Shown here: positions 59,207 through 64,000 of the stretch, in pieces | Position numbering within the stretch: the first letter of the stretch is position 1 | Layout of the letters: every line of letters begins with the position of its first letter | Assembly (NCBI GenBank): GCA_964016885.1 | Contig: OZ024740.1 | Coordinates: 379,440,001-379,504,000 of the forward strand | Reading direction: 5' to 3' | Source of the DNA: Eledone cirrhosa | Lineage: Eukaryota | DNA: 64,000 nt | Position numbers and translations under genes: made by a program | Notes under the pieces: generated by a model | What the model was told of the DNA's origin: nothing | Database searches by the model: none | The model's input: only the letters and a program-made list of their open reading frames with translations

Positions 59207-60995
59207 CTAGCAGAGGTACCCGGCGTTGCTCGGGTATTAAATAGCAGTTATGTATACCATTTATGTCAATACTTCAGTGCTGCTTCGAAAACTTTACTTT
59301 TATAAACTCATCGACTTTTTCCAAAAGGGGGTTCCTGCCCTCAGGGGTCCCCTACTCAATATGTGCCAATTCTGAGAGTTCACATTCATCTGTAGAACAA
59401 ACGTATCCCATGTGTCAAGTTTTGTGAAAATCGGTTGCGAACTCCAGAAGTTATGACGTTTTTTTTTGCATTGCACTGTAGTGCTTCAGTCGACTCCAAG
59501 GAAGTGGTTAAAGGGCGTTATCCGCCGGGAGGCCCTATAATCAATATCTGGAAAAATGAAAGTGTCCATGACCATCCGGAGTACATGAGTAACCTATGTC
59601 TTAAGTTTGGTGAAAATACTGTAGAAATGCATAAGGTTTACACACACGCGCGCACGCGCACGTGTGTGAGTGTGTATGTTTTTGTGTGTGCGTATGTATA
59701 AGTATGTGTATGTTCGTCGGTGCATACGTATGTACTGGCCTAAATCTTCACTATTTATTTTTACTATGTTAAGGCAAAGTTAAAATCCCGTCGAGGTTAA
59801 CTTTGCCTTTCATCCTTACGGGGTCGATAAAATAAAGTACCAGTAATGTACTGTTTAATTGCTGGCCTTGTGCCAAAAGTAGAAACAACTATTTTAATAA
59901 CCTGTCATTTTCGTTTACAATTTTATTTACATCATTCTTAAACTCCGGGGCTGGAAATCATTCGGTTATTTTAAATAGAATATTAGGCTAACGACTCCAA
60001 TCAAAAACAATTTGAAAATTTATTTGACCGATGGTTCCGCCGGACCTTCATCTATAAGTGTAGCAATTTCACCGAAATTTGAACGTACGGTTTAAGAGGA
60101 GATGTGTGTCGAAGGTTTTAGTAGACAGACAGACAACCTCAGTTTTATATATATAGATGACATAATCAAAAACAAGAACTTATTTGAAAATTTATTTGAC
60201 CGATGGTTCCGCCGGACCTTCATCTATAAGTGTAGCAATTTCACCGAAATTTGAACGTACGGTTTAAGAGGAGATGTGTGCCGAAGGTTTTAGTAGACAG
60301 ACAGACAACCTCAGTTTTATATATATAGATAGATGACATAATCAAAAACAAGAACTTATTTGAAAATTTATTTGACCGATGGTTCCGCCGGACCTTCATC
60401 TATAAGTGTAGCAATTTCACCGAAATTTGAACGTACGGTTTAAGAGGAGATGTGTGCCGAAGGTTTTAGTAGACAGACAGACAACCTCAGTTTTATATAT
60501 ATAGATAGATGACATAATCAAAAACAAGAACTTATTTGAAAATTTATTTGACCGATGGTTCCGCCGGACCTTCATCTATAAGTGTAGCAATTTCACCGAA
60601 ATTTGAACGTACGGTTTAAGAGGAGATGTGTGCCGAAGGTTTTAGTAGACAGACAGACAACCTCAGTTTTATATATATAGATAGATGACATAATCAAAAA
60701 CAAGAACTTATTTGAAAATTTATTTGACCGATGGTTCCGCCGGACCTTCATCTATAAGTGTAGCAATTTCACCGAAATTTGAACGTACGGTTTAAGAGGA
60801 GATGTGTGCCGAAGGTTTTAGTAGACAGACATACAACCTCAGTTTTATATATATAGATTATTTGACCGATGGTTCCGCCGGACCTTCATCTATAAGTGTA
60901 GCAATTTCACCGAAATTTGAACGTACGGTTTAAGAGGAGATGTGTGCCGAAGGTTTTAGTAGACAGACAGACAACCTCAGTTTTATATATATAGA
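59207..60995 (-). mobile_element. Non-autonomous Helitron
   Basis: On - strand: A|TC 5' end at 60995; 3' hairpin TACCCGAGC-AAC-GCCGGGTA (59217-59236) then CTAG|T at 59207; internal SINE piece 59780-59895. Confidence 0.8.
60011..60995. repeat. Tandem array of 172-176-bp units, six copies (last one shorter)
   Basis: Unit starts at 60011, 60183, 60359, 60535, 60711 and ~60858; near identical. Confidence 0.95.
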
Positions 60996-62189
60996 TTAAA
61001 CTCTGATGCACATTTCTTTACTGCTTCAATACAATTCTTCACTGTCTTGTATTATTACTAGAAAACATTGGAAATGTTCGATGTTGTCTCGCTTAAAAGT
61101 TTTATCTCTCTATTTCATAAGACTATTTAAGCAAACCAGAACGCAAAATAGGATAAACAAATTTACGTCTGTGTTTGTGTGTATGTGTTAAATGAGTATG
61201 GAGCGTAAATCTTTGTAATCCAGTACGTAATTATATTTGTATTCTGACTACTATGCTGTTCTCTGAAACTGATGTCAGTATGGTTCAGCTGATTAAGAAA
61301 GGGTTTTTTTGAGAACAGAAGTGGGTAATAAGGTAATGAGAGAGGGAAAAATCTTTCATTTCCGAACTAAGCTAGAGTAGACCGTTCACGTATCTGTTTA
61401 AACATTCACAAATAGTAATATCTTTAAGCTCACTATCAATACGTTTGTTCTTTGATATTCCTGTGGTAATAATGCCTGTATAGATTACAACACTTATGTC
61501 CGTCCATATTGTAAATCAATGCATCTATAATAACATAGGATGACGATGACTGCAAATAATAAAGGCCTGAATAAGCAAAATACGTAAGCCTATTGAGAGT
61601 TTGAATGAAGGACTACAGAGATAAAAGTCTATAATTGAATCAGATGACTTCATAGATTAAAAGAATTGCGTTGAGATCGGCAATCAATAAATATTTATTC
61701 CGGAAACGAAGAACAGAGAGAAAGAAATGTATTTATTTATACATAATCATAATATAGGAAGCAATTCTCAGATGACTTAATCGATAAAATGCCAGTCTAC
61801 CAGCTGAAAGGTCAGTAGTTCGTATCGTGTCACTGACACTGTGCTTTGTGTATGTTAAATAAACCTTACATTTTCCACTTACAATACAGAAACACAGGAA
61901 AAGCGATATGTTCGTTATTTTGCAGTGTCGTGTTCAACACTCACTACAGAGAAAACTCATTATTTCCTCACTGATCTGCTTCAAATGTACTCCATAACGA
62001 CAAATGATCACTATTCAAAGTCTGTTTGCATGAGTGTTTGTGTGTGTGTGTGTGTGAGTGTGTGTGTATGTGTGTGTGGAGCGGCAGTTGTTAGTGATAT
62101 AAGGTATACTTAGAGGCCTGTGTTTTTTAGCAAGCACATTTTAGCTACGCTGTCATGAATAGATACTGCGGTAAAAGCAGTTGCATTAT

Positions 62190-62378
62190 TAATATTTGTT
62201 TCTACTTTTGGCACAAGACCAGCAGTTATCCCAGTGTATTACTGGTACTTTATTCTATCGACTCCGTAAGGATGAAAGGCAAAGATAACCTCGGTGGGAT
62301 TTGAACTCAGACCATAAAGGGCCGTAACTCTTTGCTGCAAAGCATGGCGTCCGACCCTCTACCGATACTGCCAATCCA
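62190..62378 (-). mobile_element. tRNA-derived SINE, family 1
   Basis: Reverse complement of the 13408 family; further partial copies at ~20400-20590 (-), ~49620-49675 and 58745-58830. Confidence 0.85.
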
Positions 62379-62392
62379 TTTATTAATATTGA

Positions 62393-62893
62393 TGTCTCAT
62401 TGGTGCAAATAATATCCATGGATCTCCTCCCCAGACCAGTCAACTCTCCCCGTCCGACAGGGAGATCTCCCACTCACTTTGGTGTGGATGAGAGATGTCT
62501 CCTCTTGTGAAAATAGGTATAGTTTTATAGCGAGGATACTGGGTGAAATGGGTAGTAACAAAACGAGACATGGTTTGTGTGTATAATATTTAATTAACGG
62601 TAGATAGAATACTTGACATGTCAAAGATAGATGTTAGAATGAAACAAAGTTAGTAGTTACCGTTTTGATTGCCAGGCAAACGCGGCTGGCAGAGGGCGCC
62701 TGGCTAAGGCCAGGCGCCTGTTGGCCAAATTAATGGCAGAGCCAAATGAGAAGACTCTTGACCTGGTGCCGAAAAGGCAAAGAGAGAAAGGAAGCTTAAA
62801 GTTATTAGTTTTATAGGGCTCTGACCGGAAGTCGCAGAAAGGGTTCCACCTCCCGTCTAGATCCCAATCAAAACAAGGGAGACAACCGCTACA
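62393..62893 (-). mobile_element. Solo-LTR-like segment with GC-rich hairpins
   Basis: - strand TGTAGCG...GAGACA; TATAAAA ~80 nt from start; hairpin GGCGCCTGGC-TAAG-GCCAGGCGCC (62695-62718); no TSD found. Confidence 0.4.
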
Positions 62894-64000
62894 TAACCTC
62901 CCGCCAGAATTTTAGTGTATAAAAATCGAAATGAAAATATGTAGCAAGTTGGCGAGAATGTTGTAACAGGCATGAAAATTACGACAAAAGAATGTTTGGA
63001 AAAATCAATGATAGATATCAAGGTAGCCAACCGCTCTTGGCCAGAGAACGACTGGACATCCATCTATCCATCACCCAAAGATACAATGTAATAAAGTAAA
63101 AGTAATAGAAGAGCTCAAAGTTCAAAATATAGTTCACAGGTGTGCAATCACATGACAGCAGGAAAGAAAGTGTGTTCCAGAGAATGAATGCAGGTGGTTT
63201 CTGTTCTGTGGTATATCGTGAAATTTCCAACCTCCGAATGGATTTTCTCACAGGAAGAGTGCTGCAAAAATGAATTCTCTGGCTTTGGTGAAGCTGTATT
63301 GATGTATTGCTGTTGCTGCTGCTGTTGTCTCGCTGAGTGAGCGTATTCGGTGTTTAAATTCACAGTAAAAAAAATTTATTTAGAAAAAATGAGTTGCGCA
63401 AAGTGCTAGAAATAGCAGCCGAAGTTGATGGTCGATGTTGAGAATGCGTTGACCTGGAAGGGTCAAGAGGCCAGCGACCAGAGAAATAAGCATTCTTAAT
63501 AAATGCGCGGTTATCAACTGTAAATTTACATTGTAAATTTATAAACCGGCAAATAGAAGAATATAGCTTAAGGCTGAAGAATCCCTGGTGATAAATGGCG
63601 TGCGGCTGTCTGTGAGTAGAGACATCTCTGTGAATCGAGAATTTGTGCTGCCTACACGTGCCAATACAAGGTTGAAAAAAAATAATATTTCTAACGCGCG
63701 AGAAAAATATAGTGCAATGTTGAAAGTGACAATGATGAAAAAGAAAGGCTTCAATCAGCATAATTATTGGTGTGAACTTTGGGGGAAAAAAAAAAAAAAA
63801 AAAAATTGAACGATGAAGAAAACGATGAACAAAAAGGCAATGGTTCATCGAAAATAAATGTTCCTGTTGAAATGTTATTTAAAGAATATCAAATTTCTTT
63901 TTTTTTTTGTGTTTTGAAAGAGTTCGTTGTAAGAAACGAGAAACATATATATATATATATCGTGAAATGTTTTTTTTTGTTTTGAAAGTGTTCGTTGTAA

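Noticed and set aside
60011-60995. CRISPR-like array
   Set aside because: Units are identical with no unique spacers; eukaryotic Helitron context
63622-63650. miR-10-like word TCTCTGTGAATCGAGAATTTGTG
   Set aside because: Seed mismatched and no star arm or hairpin

Overview
AT-rich, microsatellite-dense animal genomic DNA made almost entirely of transposable elements; the repeat style suggests an octopod cephalopod (inference). No host exon could be supported. Bases 1-37.5 kb are dominated by Penelope-like elements (PLEs) sitting in (TA)n tracts: two Naiad-like (YRDD) copies, one Neptune-like copy, GIY-YIG 3' fragments and many short fold-back pseudo-LTR (pLTR) derivatives. Reading these by eye gives at least eight distinct type I hammerhead ribozyme (HHR) families, including U3:A8 core variants (UUGAAAA, UUGAGAA) and ~100-nt stem II insertions. 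Bases 37.8-58.1 kb hold an RTE fragment, a full-length Tx1/L1-type LINE with an intact 1139-aa ORF2 inside (AAT)n, five co-oriented R4/Dong-type copies from three families separated by (TAA)n, and a decayed second Tx1. Also present: a hAT-type shell (221-4219), a non-autonomous Helitron with a 6x tandem 5' end, tRNA-derived SINEs, a CR1-like fragment and two hairpin-rich LTR-like segments. All structures were read manually and no database searches were run.
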